Source: Vulcanimicrobiota bacterium (GTDB lineage: Bacteria; Vulcanimicrobiota; Vulcanimicrobiia; Vulcanimicrobiales; Vulcanimicrobiaceae). From it: DNA of 64,000 nt. Below, in pieces: positions 31,400 to 44,745 of this stretch. How positions within the stretch are numbered: the first letter of the stretch is position 1; each line of letters starts with the position of its first letter. The notes under the pieces were generated by a model. The model searched no databases and was not told the origin of the DNA. It saw nothing but the letters and a program-made list of their open reading frames with translations. A program made the translations under genes and the position numbers. The stretch is taken from positions 576,001 through 640,000 of the forward strand of contig CAWGBN010000008.1 in NCBI GenBank assembly GCA_963820825.1, read 5' to 3'.

Positions 31400-32106
31400 G
31401 GGAGCCCGTATTCGTCGTGGCGGCGAAGCCACGGACCCATGCCTCCCTCGCCCTCGTGGCGTCCCTTCGGCACGAGATCCAAGTAGTTGTACGCGGTATT
31501 CATCAGGTCGATTCCGCGGCCGTAGGCCGAATAGGTGTGATAGATGCGACCGGCATCGTCTTTGTAGAAGACGCTGATGCCGGGCAGATCGGTATCGTCC
31601 GCGTCCAGCTCGAGATCGACGTAGTTGTATTGGCCGTGTCCTTTTGCGCGATCCGCATCGGAAAACGATACGCCGTAATCGTAGTTGAACGTGTTGAAGT
31701 TCGACGAGTACCACGGGAAGCTCCAGCCCATTCGCTCTTCATAGGCGGCGAGCGTCGCGTACGGCGCGCGCGAGATCGCAACCATCGTCACGTCGCGGTG
31801 ATTTAAGTGCACGCCGACCGGATTGAAGTTATCCGCCCAAAACGAACACGACTTGCATCCCGCGTCCCAATCGGGAGCGTACATAAAGTGGTAGACGACG
31901 AGCTGGCGACGCCCGTCGAAGAGGTCGGAGAGACTTTGGGCGCCCTGCGCGCCGTCGAATACGTACTCGGTGGTGACGAGTTCCCACGGCAGGTCGCGCC
32001 GCTGCTGCGAGATTCGGTCGCGCTCGCGCGTAAACGTCTTCTCCGCGGCGAGCAGATCCTTGCGGGCGGCGAGCCACTCCTCGTGCGAAACGACGGCATG
32101 TTCCAT
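31396..32106 (-). CDS. DUF899 thioredoxin-like protein
   Basis: EWLAARKDLLAAEK, RRDLPW, DLFDGRRQLVVYHFM, GCKSCS, YHTYSAYGRG, LDLVPKGR. Confidence 0.92.
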   Translation of the reverse strand: MEHAVVSHEEWLAARKDLLAAEKTFTRERDRISQQRRDLPWELVTTEYVFDGAQGAQSLSDLFDGRRQLVVYHFMYAPDWDAGCKSCSFWADNFNPVGVHLNHRDVTMVAISRAPYATLAAYEERMGWSFPWYSSNFNTFNYDYGVSFSDADRAKGHGQYNYVDLELDADDTDLPGISVFYKDDAGRIYHTYSAYGRGIDLMNTAYNYLDLVPKGRHEGEGGMGPWLRRHDEYGLP

Positions 32107-32188
32107 AGCAGTTATATAAGCAGGCACCTTCCTACGTGTCAACTAACGTTTGCCGGGAAATCGTTCCCTTGCATTGTATCGAGACCCG

Positions 32189-32716
32189 ATGAGAATTAGC
32201 CCCGGCGAAGGCCGCGCGATCCTTCGCTCGTCGCTCGAAACGCCCGTCGGCACGATGCAGCTAGCGGTCGACGGCTCGGGCGTCCTCGTCGAGATTCTCC
32301 TTCCGAATCGGCCGCACGCAGCGTCGTCGCCAAAGCCGATCTCGCCGGCCGCCGCGTGCGGAATGCGCGCCGTCGTCGATCAGCTCGGCGAATATTTCTC
32401 GCGCAAGCGACGCGCCTTCGACTTACCGCTGGAGCCGCTCGGTTCGTCGTTCGAACGGCACGTGTGGACGAAACTCCTGGGCGTGCCATACGGCGCGACG
32501 ACCTCATACGGCGCGATTGCGGCGGAACTCGGTTTGAGCAGCGGCGCGCGTGCCGTCGGGCGCGCCAACGGTGCGAATCCAATTCCGATCGTAATTCCGT
32601 GCCACCGCGTTATCGGTGCCGACGGCCGATTGACCGGTTACGGCGGAGGACTGCCGCTGAAACGCGCGTTGCTCGAACTAGAAGGCGCTATTCCGGCCGA
32701 ACCGCGTCTCTTTTAG
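32189..32716 (+). CDS. ogt: Methylated-DNA--protein-cysteine methyltransferase
   Basis: PYGATTSY, ARAVGRANGANP, PCHRV active site, GYGGG. Confidence 0.92.
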   Translation: MRISPGEGRAILRSSLETPVGTMQLAVDGSGVLVEILLPNRPHAASSPKPISPAAACGMRAVVDQLGEYFSRKRRAFDLPLEPLGSSFERHVWTKLLGVPYGATTSYGAIAAELGLSSGARAVGRANGANPIPIVIPCHRVIGADGRLTGYGGGLPLKRALLELEGAIPAEPRLF

Positions 32717-32719
32717 TCC

Positions 32720-33040
32720 TCACGCGCCCGGCGGGCGATAGTTGACGTGGCGTTGGATCGCGCGGTCGGCCTCTTCAACCGGAATCAATGGAATTGACGC
32801 GCTATGCACCAATCCCGAGGCGCGAACGGCAAGCGCCACGGAGAGCGCCACCTCCGTGCTCGGCAGGTCGATGATGATGACGGCGTCGTGCGCACCATAC
32901 GTAAAATAGAACGATTCGACGCTTCCGCCGAGCGAGCCGACCAGATCTTCCACGGCCTTGCGCCGCTCCGACGCGCTGCTCTTCAAGAGCCCCTTCGTGC
33001 CTTCGGCCGTATAATCGGCGTGAACGAGAAACTTCGGCAT
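32720..33040 (-). CDS. GYD domain protein
   Basis: MPKFLVHADYTAEG...LGGSVESFYFTYGAHD pattern; RBS AGGAGGG. Confidence 0.8.
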   Translation of the reverse strand: MPKFLVHADYTAEGTKGLLKSSASERRKAVEDLVGSLGGSVESFYFTYGAHDAVIIIDLPSTEVALSVALAVRASGLVHSASIPLIPVEEADRAIQRHVNYRPPGA

Positions 33041-33093
33041 TGTATAGCCCTCCTTTTTAGTAGAACTCGCTGCTGCGAATTAGGTGAGAAGAT

Positions 33094-33393
33094 TTAGCGT
33101 TCCTCGGTCGGCAACCCCGCGTCGACCCAAGCGCGATAACCGCCCTCGAGCGCGACCGTGCGATATCCCCGCTCGCGCAACGTCTGCGCGATCCGGCTGC
33201 ACGAGTTGCCGCTCCCGCAATAGAGTACGACCTCTTCGTCCTTGTCGAAGGGGAGATCGGCGCCGCTTTCGAGCGCCTCGCCTTCGGCACGTATCGAACC
33301 GGGAATCGTCCGCTCGTCGGGATTCTTGCGAATATCGAAGAGCTTGATGCGTTCGGCGCGCTCGCGAAGCTCGTCGGGTCTTATTTGGTTCAA
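33094..33393 (-). CDS. Rhodanese-like domain protein
   Basis: DIR...IPGS, VVLYCGSG, LEGGYRAW. Confidence 0.85.
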   Translation of the reverse strand: MNQIRPDELRERAERIKLFDIRKNPDERTIPGSIRAEGEALESGADLPFDKDEEVVLYCGSGNSCSRIAQTLRERGYRTVALEGGYRAWVDAGLPTEER

Positions 33394-34031
33394 CGTGCCG
33401 TCAACTTTCGTACGTAAGGTGGAATTGGAATATCTGCGCTGAGCTTGGGGTCGGCGACCGGTTCGCCATAACGGGTGCGCAACGGCAGCAGCCCTGCCCA
33501 GACGCGAAGCGACAGGTCTTCTTCAGGATCCTTCGGCGGCCCGGTGCGGATCTTTGCCGACGCCTCTTCGATCGGAATCTTTACAACGATCGTGGCCGAA
33601 AGCTCGCCCTCGTTCGGCAACCGCGCGTCGTTCCAACGCCCGGGACAGACGTGTTCGGTTATCGCCTCGAACGCCGCCTCTCGTTCTTGCGGCGAGCGCA
33701 CGATCTCGGCGAGACCCATCGCCACCGCGCAGCGATAGTTCATCGAGGATTGGAAGAGCGAACGTGCGAGAACGATTTCGTCGACGATCGTCGCGGTCAC
33801 GCAGAGCGGGGCGCCGTCGGCGTTCTTCAGCCAGCGTGCGAGCACCGAACCGTGCAGATAGAGCGCTCGATCGATGCGGGCGTGGATCGTCGGAAGCACG
33901 ACCGGCCGGCCATCGTCGGCGACGAAACCAACGTGACAGATCGGCGCGTCGTCGAATATCGCGGCGAGCGTCGGAAAGTCGTAAGCGCCGCGCTCGGCGA
34001 GGCGACCTACCGTAGCTCGATCAGTACGCAT
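33390..34031 (-). CDS. Pyridoxamine 5'-phosphate oxidase family (NimA-like) flavin-binding protein
   Basis: ICHVGF, PVVLPT, LYLHGS, LARSLFQSSMNY, SAKIRTGPP, VWAGLLP. Confidence 0.88.
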   Translation of the reverse strand: MRTDRATVGRLAERGAYDFPTLAAIFDDAPICHVGFVADDGRPVVLPTIHARIDRALYLHGSVLARWLKNADGAPLCVTATIVDEIVLARSLFQSSMNYRCAVAMGLAEIVRSPQEREAAFEAITEHVCPGRWNDARLPNEGELSATIVVKIPIEEASAKIRTGPPKDPEEDLSLRVWAGLLPLRTRYGEPVADPKLSADIPIPPYVRKLTAR

Positions 34032-34044
34032 CTTTAGCGACCTC

Positions 34045-34485
34045 TTACGGCGGCAGCGGCGACCACTGAACGTTATCCCGGCTGCGAAGCCACGGGCGCT
34101 CTCCGGTGCGGCTGCGATAGTATCCTCCGTTATTACAGCCGCCACCCGCGCCGATCGCCCGCGCGCAGAGGTAGACGCGTACTTCACCGTTGCGATAGGC
34201 CAGCGATTCGTCCACGCAGGCGGTCAGGAACGCGGGATAGGTGCCGCCCCAATCGGCTCCGAGCGCCGCTTTCCAGCCTGAGATTCGATTGCCGTCGTAT
34301 CGCGCTTTGTAGACGATGCAGTTCGTCAGGCCCTCGATGAGCGGCGCCTTGCCGGCACGGTCGACACGGATCAAACCGGCAGCGAAGCGCTGCCGGTCGT
34401 CCTGCGAGATCTGGTAGGGCTTCGGCGCGCAGGCCGCCAGCAGCCCCACGAGGCACGTCAGCCGTGCGACCCGCGCGAGACTTAT
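34045..34485 (-). CDS. Hypothetical lipoprotein (start uncertain)
   Basis: Lipobox LLAAC followed by a Cys-containing domain; no clear canonical start. Confidence 0.5.
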   Translation of the reverse strand: MSLARVARLTCLVGLLAACAPKPYQISQDDRQRFAAGLIRVDRAGKAPLIEGLTNCIVYKARYDGNRISGWKAALGADWGGTYPAFLTACVDESLAYRNGEVRVYLCARAIGAGGGCNNGGYYRSRTGERPWLRSRDNVQWSPLPP

Positions 34486-35861
34486 GACTCCTTGGCCCAG
34501 ACGTTTTTCACCGCGTCGAGCGTCGGCCGCGGTACCCGCGTGTCCGGCGATCGTTTGGGGAACGGATCTCCCGAACCGTTCTTTTGATCCTCGTTCAAGC
34601 CGAACCACGCCTGATCGTCGTAGCAGCCGGGAAAATCCGCGTTCGAAATGATCTTGTTTCCTTCAAAGCCGCCGATGTGCTTGAACGGCCAGCCCGATTT
34701 CCACCACTCGTCGTTCCACTCGAAGTAGAAGCCGCCGCTGGTAACGCCGCCTTCCTTCGCGCGGTGGTCGTAGATTTCGGTCGCGTTTCTCGTCGCGTAG
34801 GCGACCAGGAAATCCATGCGAGGATTACCGCTCTTGGGCAGTTCGCGGACGTCTTCCCACGGGCGCGGCGGCGGAAGTCCGTAATACGGCGCGTCTTTCG
34901 TCCCGGGCGGATAGTTCGTGCACGTGCCGGTCGGCGTGTTGTACTGTGCGGTCGACTTCGGATAGTAGCCCGCGCTTGCGCCATACTCGGCAATGATCGC
35001 CGGTTTTTCGGTGCTCGAGGCGATCTCGGACCAGATCTTGCCCATCGTGCGGCCGCGATAGACGTCGAGCCCCCACGTGTCGACTTTGAAGCCGGCCTTC
35101 TCACCGGCGACGACCGTCCTCAGACCGTCGTCGACCATCGTCGTCGTCGTGATCTTCTCCGCGTTCGTTTGCTTATAGGCTTTGTCGATGCTCTCGCTGA
35201 TCTCGTTGAGCCCCTTCCACCAACCGGGCTGCACGATGAACGTTTCGCTGTTGATCTCCGAGCCGATCGAGATACCCATCACCGCGGGATGACTCGCGTA
35301 CTCCGTTGCCATGAGGCCGTAGATGGCTTTGAGCGCGTTGAGATATCTGGGTTCGAGTACGTTCACACCCCCGAAGAAGATGCTCAGCACCACATAAACC
35401 GGATGATGCCCGCCGTTCCACGCTTTGTTGAGAAACTTGTCGATCTTGCCCGACTCGTACGGGCGCAGCTTGTTGACGCCGCCGATAACGTCTTCGTACG
35501 GCTTAAAGCTGTCCAACGTGACGTTATAGACCTTCACGGCGTTCACGCCAGCCGCGCGCATCGCGTCGAGATCGGGCGACCAGACGGGTTCGTTGGCATT
35601 GTCCAACGGGTTCGGGTCGGCGTATGCGTCGATTTGGTTGTTTCCGTAGTCGACGCCCTTGATGAAGAACGGAATGCCGTCGAGAAGAATGTTGCGGCCG
35701 CTGACGGTAAAGGCAGTGGTCTGCGCGTCGCCTTTAGCCCGGTTACTCTGCTGTGCCGCCGGGGGCACGCCGATCTGCCCCTGCGACCCGCCGCACCCGG
35801 TCAGCATCGCAATTGTTAAACAAAAACCGACAAAACGGCTCACTCGAGCGCTGCGTAGCAT
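34482..35861 (-). CDS. Clan GH-A TIM-barrel glycoside hydrolase (GH2/GH72-like), lipoprotein
   Basis: Lipobox LTGC; FFIKGVDY, DLDAMRAAGVNAVKVY, GSEIN, IAEYG, GGFYFEWNDEWWK. Confidence 0.75.
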   Translation of the reverse strand: MLRSARVSRFVGFCLTIAMLTGCGGSQGQIGVPPAAQQSNRAKGDAQTTAFTVSGRNILLDGIPFFIKGVDYGNNQIDAYADPNPLDNANEPVWSPDLDAMRAAGVNAVKVYNVTLDSFKPYEDVIGGVNKLRPYESGKIDKFLNKAWNGGHHPVYVVLSIFFGGVNVLEPRYLNALKAIYGLMATEYASHPAVMGISIGSEINSETFIVQPGWWKGLNEISESIDKAYKQTNAEKITTTTMVDDGLRTVVAGEKAGFKVDTWGLDVYRGRTMGKIWSEIASSTEKPAIIAEYGASAGYYPKSTAQYNTPTGTCTNYPPGTKDAPYYGLPPPRPWEDVRELPKSGNPRMDFLVAYATRNATEIYDHRAKEGGVTSGGFYFEWNDEWWKSGWPFKHIGGFEGNKIISNADFPGCYDDQAWFGLNEDQKNGSGDPFPKRSPDTRVPRPTLDAVKNVWAKES

Positions 35862-36029
35862 ACTGCCTCCCTGCCTAACGGAAAAACACGCGTCTATGGC
35901 ACGCGATGCTGCTTCTCTTCGATTGCAAATGTAGGTCTTCCTCGCCCGAGCGGGCAATTGCAGGCGCTCTTGCAGGCGTGGTCGCCGGCCTCCCGTAGCT
36001 ATACCGCAACACCATCGCCAGGAGGAGTC

Positions 36030-38705
<2,676 letters not shown>

Positions 38706-38744
38706 CTATTTCTCCGATCCGGTGAAAGAAGGTAGGTGACTCTC

Positions 38745-38765
38745 TGAAAGTGAATGTCACTCTCA
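38745..38765. promoter_or_regulatory. Candidate Fur-family operator (9-3-9 inverted repeat)
   Basis: TGAAAGTGA-ATG-TCACTCTCA, one mismatch, in the katG/fur divergent intergenic region. Confidence 0.55.
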
Positions 38766-38766
38766 C

Positions 38767-39192
38767 ATGGGGAGGATACCGCCGCGGACGGCAGCCGTCA
38801 ATACTTCTCCGTCGCTCCCGAAGAACTATCGGCTCATCTTCGAAATCGTCGAAGAGAGCGGGATCGGCCGGCACCTCACGCCCACGGAGATCTACGCGAA
38901 AGCGCTCAAGCGACGGCCCGGCATCGGATTCTCGACCATCTATCGCGGTCTCGAGCGTCTGCGCGATCTCGGCTTGGTCTCCGAACTCAACGTGCCCGGT
39001 GCGGACGCCGCAGCCTACGAGCCGTCGGGTCCCCCGCACGCGCACTTTCGCTGCAGCAATTGCGGCGAGATCGAAGACGTCGCCTATGCGATTCCGGCAC
39101 GCACGGTCAAGGCACTCGCGTCGCAGCACGGCTTCGAGATCGAAAGCGAACGCGTGACGTTCGAAGGCCGCTGCGCGGCCTGTTCTCCGTAG
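38767..39192 (+). CDS. Fur family transcriptional regulator (PerR/FurA-like)
   Basis: [35 protein letters not shown]; divergent from katG. Confidence 0.9.
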   Translation: MGRIPPRTAAVNTSPSLPKNYRLIFEIVEESGIGRHLTPTEIYAKALKRRPGIGFSTIYRGLERLRDLGLVSELNVPGADAAAYEPSGPPHAHFRCSNCGEIEDVAYAIPARTVKALASQHGFEIESERVTFEGRCAACSP

Positions 39193-39214
39193 CTACCGCT
39201 TTTTAGCGCTCGCC

Positions 39215-39532
39215 CTACTCCGACTCTCTGAGCCACGCGTCCATTCCACCGCCGAGGTTTACCGCCCGATCGTAACCGAGCGCGGTAAGCATCCGCGTAA
39301 CGTACGCGCTGCGCGCCCCCACGTGACAGATCACGACGATATCGCGATCCCTCGGAAGTTCGCCCAAGCGCTCGTGGACGTCGTTCATCGGAATGTTGAC
39401 CGAGCCGGCGATCGTGCCGTCCACCATCTCTTCGGGCTCGCGCACGTCGAGCAAGAATGGAGCCGGCTCCGTGTCGAGGCGCCGCTTCAACTCCTGCGGC
39501 GATATCGAGCGCGCTACCGATCGGGGGGCCAC
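39215..39532 (-). CDS. Rhodanese-like domain protein
   Basis: LLDVREPEE, VVICHVGARS, NLGGGMDAW. Confidence 0.9.
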   Translation of the reverse strand: MAPRSVARSISPQELKRRLDTEPAPFLLDVREPEEMVDGTIAGSVNIPMNDVHERLGELPRDRDIVVICHVGARSAYVTRMLTALGYDRAVNLGGGMDAWLRESE

Positions 39533-42343
39533 GTCGCCTGCGAGGGCTTGGCCCGAACGATCGCAACGGCATGCAGAACGCCGGCAGCGTCGTACTTTCC
39601 GCGCACGTTGAAGGGCCTGCCCACAACCAAGTCGCCGGTCTGCTCGTGCGCTGCCGCCTCGGAGTCGTCGACCCGAATGGTTCTTCCCGTGCGCGTCCGC
39701 ACGCTAAGGATCGAGCCGCTGATGCCGACCAACGTCCCGGTGAGCTCGTTCGGAGCGCCGCGCATAGCGTGCATCGGAACGCCGTGCCTCACCCCGGCCT
39801 TCGCGACCGTGCCGCCCATCCCAAAGATTTCGAGCTGCTGATAGCTCGCGACGTAGACTCTGCCGTTTGCTACGATCGGAACGAGGTTTGCGTTCCCGTT
39901 CGATGCCGTCCACGACCCGGCCGGCCCTTGGTAGAGCGTCTCGAGCGTCGAGCTGCCGTGGTGAGGCTCGGCCTTGAAGGCAAATAGCGTCATGCTTCCG
40001 GGAACGTACTGCGGCCGGGCGAGGGCCCAAATAATCGCGCCGCGGCGAGTTCCGTGCGACGAGACGCTCGTGAAGAAACCCGGATCTTGACCGCTGGGCA
40101 ACCCGGGTGAGGAACCCTTCGGCAACAACTTTACGTTCGGCGAAGTTTGAACTCTCCAAACGGTCACGGTGTTGCCGCCGCTTGCGACGATGTGCGGCAC
40201 CGCGTTCTTGCCGGCGGCGAAGTATGACTGGCCGCACCAGCACCCGCCGATCTCCTTCGCGTCGAGATCGTTGTTATAGCTTGGATTGTATCCACCCAAA
40301 TCGTTCTGATTGAGTAAGAACATCGTTCCTTCTTTGCCGGCCGCGGCGGCGAGCGGCGGCACCGACGAACCCAATGACGGCAGCAATATGACGCCGCCCG
40401 ATCCGAAGTCTACGTCACCTTGGTCGAGACCTCCGACGTCCGACGGTGTGAAGATGCTCAGCAGCTGCGTCAAGTCCGCACTGACTTTGACGACGCTCTC
40501 TTGAACGTTCGTGACGCCGTTATAGGTCGTTCCCGACGGATCGGAGTTGCCGGTAACGAAGTACACGTTCCCCGACGGATCGGCCGCAACGCCGTACCCC
40601 GACATCCAGATTGCCGATAAGAAGAAGTTATTGGGCGAGGAGGAGAGGCTGTCGTTCAGCCGGTTCGCCGCAAGCGGCGTCAGCGACCCAGCCTGCCATC
40701 CCAACAACCAACCCCGTGACTTTGACGCGTCGAAGTCGCAGAAGCTGCCGAATCCGGCATAGATGTTTCCGTTGGCTTCGAGTAGGGCCGGCCGCTGTCG
40801 CTGATACGTGGCGTTGAACGCAAACTTCGTCCCGTTGGTCAAGAGGTGCGAGGCGGAGACGACGACCGGCGGAACGGCATCCGTAAGGTCGGAGAGATTG
40901 AGCTCGTGGATCTTATAGGTCGGAACGCCGCCCTGGCTTGTGTAGGCAACGACGTACATCACGCCCGCAGCGAGATCGATCACGGGCGTCCCGGTGATGC
41001 CCACGTTTGGCCCGTTGTTGTTGCAGCCGAGCGGGGTTGCAACCGGAGTGCCCAAACTCTGCTCGAAGAGAATCGAGCCGGTTGAGGCGTCGATCGCATA
41101 GATCGTGTCGTTCTCGGTTGCGACGTAGACCACGTCGTGTTTGCCCGGCATCGTGCCGCGCGTTGTGGTCTCGTCGGGAACGACGAGCGGCTGCGCGTCG
41201 ACCTGGTCGTCAAGCGCCACGGTGTGCAGCAGTCCGAACGATCCGCTCTTGACCTTCTTAGCGGTCAAGATCGACTCGCTATCGTTCCATCCGGTTCGCA
41301 GATTGTCGTAATGATAGGTCGTCACGGCGAACTTGTGCCTTGGAGCGAGACTGACGGTCGCCGCCTGCGCCATTGGAACGTCTTTGAGCGTCGACGTCGG
41401 GCTGCCGCCCAACGGGTAGGCGTAGAACCGAACGCCGGAGCCGTTAGGGCCCTGATTCGGCACGACGATTTGACCGCCGTGAATCCAGACCTGGGTTAGG
41501 CTTCCGGTGCCATGCAGCTCGGTCCGGCCCACCGATGTGGCGCGCGCTGCGTTGAGCGCATAGCGAAAGATCGTGGCCGGACCGGCGCCGCTCGCCGGAC
41601 TCAACACTGCGAGGTATCGGCCATCCCATTGAATCGAGCCGAGCCGCGTCGGCCTCGCCCCGCTCCACGCGACGCGTACGAATCGCTGACCGCCTTTGGG
41701 GAGCTCGAAGAGCGCGACGGTAAGCTGCGCCGGTCGCGCGGCTGCGCCGCCGGCAGCAGCGCCGGAGTTGCGGATGAAGCCTTCGACAAAAAGATCTCCG
41801 TCGTCGTCGTACGCACACGACCAATAGCCGCCATTGCGGACTTCTGCCCGGTATATCTTGGGAGTGCCATTGGCATCGGCGTAAACCGCCACGCCCAACT
41901 CGGGATAAGCGCCCCCCGAGACGGCGACGCTTCCGGTCGATGGATCGACCGAGCAGAAATTGGAGTGTCCCTCCGAGCGAGTCGTGCAGCACCGCGATCG
42001 GGCGCGTCCCGCCGTGAGCGTATTCGAGTACCTCGTTGCCTTCCGGAATGAAGACGTCGCCGTGGGCGTTCGAGCAGAGCCCGCTGGCTCGCACGTCGAG
42101 AAGCCGCCCTTTCGGCGCTCCCTCAGGATACGAGTACATGTCGACGCTGCCATCCGCCGCGTGCGACACGTAGAGCAGGTCTTGTGCCTCGGCATTCGAT
42201 GCCGTCCTCGAGGCGCTGCCGGTTCGGCCGGCAGCGTTCCCCGCGCTCAACCGGTCCGGAACGAGCGAATTGGTCTGCGTCCGCGACCCCCCGCATCCCG
42301 CAGCCATCACAAGGATAGCGCAAGCGCCTATCAGGCGACGCAT
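39514..42343 (-). CDS. Large secreted lipoprotein: beta-propeller + PQQ-like repeat domain + small C-terminal domain (one frameshift near 41965)
   Basis: MRRLIGACAILVMAAGC leader; DLLYVS...YSYP, CSVDPSTG, GSIQWDGRYLAV; then VTTYHYDNLRTGWN, GITGTPVID, QRPALL, DFGSGG, PIVANGRVYVAS. Confidence 0.75.
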
Positions 42344-42639
42344 AGACCCCGAGTGAGCCATCGAAGCAACGCTCCTTTTTAGCCCGTAGACCATTCATCG
42401 CCGAGCGCATGGCGCCCTCGCAGAAGGGTCCGGCGGCGCCTCACTACGAGTGGAGCGTGGGGCAGAAAGATAAAGGGCGCCCTACTTCCCAAGGACGCCC
42501 TCCCCCTCTTTGAATCAGGAACTGCTTTTGCGTTGTCAAATTATCTCCGTTTCATCGAAATCCAAACCTAAAGGAAAATCGGTTAGCCTCCGCAGACTAT
42601 CGAGTCGACCCATCGCTCGAGGAGGGACGTCGTTCGGAG

Positions 42640-43632
42640 ATGTGCGTTCGTAATGGTGCTTCGCTCGTTGGATTGAGCCTCGCTCTGCTGAGCGGTTGCT
42701 CGGGGGGCGGCTCGAACCCGAATACGCCGTTGCCGCTCGCCCGATGGACGTCGCAATATAGCGGGGCCACCCTCGCTCCCGACCGCGCGAGACCGCGTTG
42801 GATGCGGCCTCCGCCCAAAGGAACGAAAGCCCATCTCGCGGTGGCAGAGTTCGGCACGTCGACCGTTCTTTGGTTCAAAGAGAACGACAAGAAAAATGCA
42901 CCGCCTAAAACGTGCGAGCCGGCTTCGTCGACGAACGGCATCCGCATCGATCGGCAGGGCAATCTTTGGGTTCCGGACGGAAAGGCCGATACGACGACGG
43001 AGTACGCGCCGGACTGCGGCGCGGCGAAGCTCACCATCCCCGATCCGGACGGCGAACCGGCGGACGTCGGCTTCGATAATCACGCAAACGTCTACATTCT
43101 AAATATCAACAACGTCAGCGGGCCACCGGTGGTGCACGTCTATACCTCGTCGGGAACCGAGATCCGAACGTTGACCGACCCGTCGTTTTCCGAACTCTTC
43201 GGGGTCAACAGCGACAACAAAGGCAACGTCTTCGTGTCCAACCTCACCAGCGGAAACGTCGGCAACGTGGTCGAGTTCAAAAACGGCAAGATGCCCGGAA
43301 AGCAGCTTTCGGGCGTGCGTTTGAAGCTGCCCGGAGTTCCCGTCTTCGATTCGGCCAACAACTTGATTATCAGCGACTGGAGCAGCAACAGGACGATCGA
43401 TGTCTTCGCACCGCCCTATACGGGGGCACCCACTACCTCGCATTTGATGGGTCCGTCGATTTGGTGCCCGCTCGACCATGCCGAGCGTCACATTTATTGC
43501 GGCGATGCCGGCCATGGAGCCATCGACGTCTACGCGTACCCCGGCGGAGCCTATCTCTACAGCTTCACCGCCGGTCTCTCCGCGAGCGAGCTCGTCACCG
43601 GCGTGGCGCCGGATCCACCGGCACCTTACTAG
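42640..43632 (+). CDS. Secreted beta-propeller lipoprotein
   Basis: Lipobox LSGC; IDRQGNLWV, SDNKGNVFVSN, DVYAYPGG. Confidence 0.75.
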   Translation: MCVRNGASLVGLSLALLSGCSGGGSNPNTPLPLARWTSQYSGATLAPDRARPRWMRPPPKGTKAHLAVAEFGTSTVLWFKENDKKNAPPKTCEPASSTNGIRIDRQGNLWVPDGKADTTTEYAPDCGAAKLTIPDPDGEPADVGFDNHANVYILNINNVSGPPVVHVYTSSGTEIRTLTDPSFSELFGVNSDNKGNVFVSNLTSGNVGNVVEFKNGKMPGKQLSGVRLKLPGVPVFDSANNLIISDWSSNRTIDVFAPPYTGAPTTSHLMGPSIWCPLDHAERHIYCGDAGHGAIDVYAYPGGAYLYSFTAGLSASELVTGVAPDPPAPY

Positions 43633-43644
43633 CCGAGGACGACT

Positions 43645-44109
43645 TTGCCCGGCGATCTCTCGGGACTGATCCTTGCACCGTACTCCGGCGACTTGTCGGC
43701 GTTAGGCGATGAGGTCGAAACGGCGATACGTCGTCGCATGGAGTCGATTCCGGTCTTTAGCATGCTCGGATTCTCGGGTGTGCGCATCGGCACCGGCTGG
43801 TTGGAATGCACGGTCGCGCGTAATCACAAGTACGACGGAGTCTTCGATTCGTTTCACGGCGGATTGTTGATGACCGCCGCCGATTCGGCGGCCGCAATCG
43901 TCAGTCTGACGCTCTGGGGCGCCGACGCGCGCATCGCCACGACCGATATGAATATCCGGTTCTTAGCTCCGGCCCGCAGCGACGTCAAACTCTTCGTTCA
44001 AGCCATAAAGGCCGGCCGCACGCTGATTCCGGCAATCGCGAATTTCTGGCGCGACGACGGCACGCTGGTCGCAATCGCGCAAGTGACCTATATGCGCGTC
44101 GGTTCCTGA
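43645..44109 (+). CDS. PaaI family thioesterase
   Basis: FHGGLLMTAADS, TTDMNIRFLAPA, GRT. Confidence 0.85.
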   Translation: MPGDLSGLILAPYSGDLSALGDEVETAIRRRMESIPVFSMLGFSGVRIGTGWLECTVARNHKYDGVFDSFHGGLLMTAADSAAAIVSLTLWGADARIATTDMNIRFLAPARSDVKLFVQAIKAGRTLIPAIANFWRDDGTLVAIAQVTYMRVGS

Positions 44110-44219
44110 AGATACGTGAAGACTCTCTGAAGGCGTTCGCTTACACTTTCTTCATCGATGGCGTGTATCGTGGCTCTCGAAACCTTACCAATACTCGAAA
44201 TGGGAGAGCGAAACGATAC

Positions 44220-44678
44220 ATGTTTGAAAAATCCTTTGGAATCGCCGCCGTAACCGCGGCGCTCTCGCTCGCCGCGTGCGGAGGGGGAGCAGCCGGTGGC
44301 CCGGGCGCAGGAGCGTACGGCGGACCGCCGACGACGGGTGGTCAAGCAAACGTTCCGATTCAGCAAAACGTCGCCGGGGGCCCGGCGTTCGAAAACCCGT
44401 CAAGTAATATGACGCTCTACTTTCTGAGCGTCGATACTCCGGCCGGTGCCAAGTGCACCGGCGGCTGCCTCTCCGTCTGGCTGCCGATCGTACCGAGCTC
44501 GGGATCGCACGCGCAAGACGGCTTCACGATCGTCGCGCGTTCCGACGGCACCAGCAAGCAGTGGGACTACAAGAACCATCCGCTTTATATGTACGCCGGC
44601 GACAGCGGCCCCGATCAGGCTCATGGCGAGGGCATTCCGTTCGCCGGCGGCACGTGGCACGTGGCGCGTTCGAAGTAA
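44220..44678 (+). CDS. COG4315-like lipoprotein (Yx(FWY)xxD repeat)
   Basis: Lipobox LAAC; TLYFLSVD, CTGGCLSVW, QWDYKNHPLYMYAGD, GTWHV. Confidence 0.8.
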   Translation: MFEKSFGIAAVTAALSLAACGGGAAGGPGAGAYGGPPTTGGQANVPIQQNVAGGPAFENPSSNMTLYFLSVDTPAGAKCTGGCLSVWLPIVPSSGSHAQDGFTIVARSDGTSKQWDYKNHPLYMYAGDSGPDQAHGEGIPFAGGTWHVARSK

Positions 44679-44745
44679 ATCCGTTCCAGAGAGCACCACG
44701 GAACCCGAGTGAAGTCTTCATTTGGGCTTCACTCGGTCTTCCGAT

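Noticed and set aside
34449..34493. Possible ATA start for the lipoprotein, overlapping the upstream TAA
   Set aside because: The SD-like AAGGAG is only 2 nt away and there is no conserved N-terminal motif to fix the start, so it cannot be supported.
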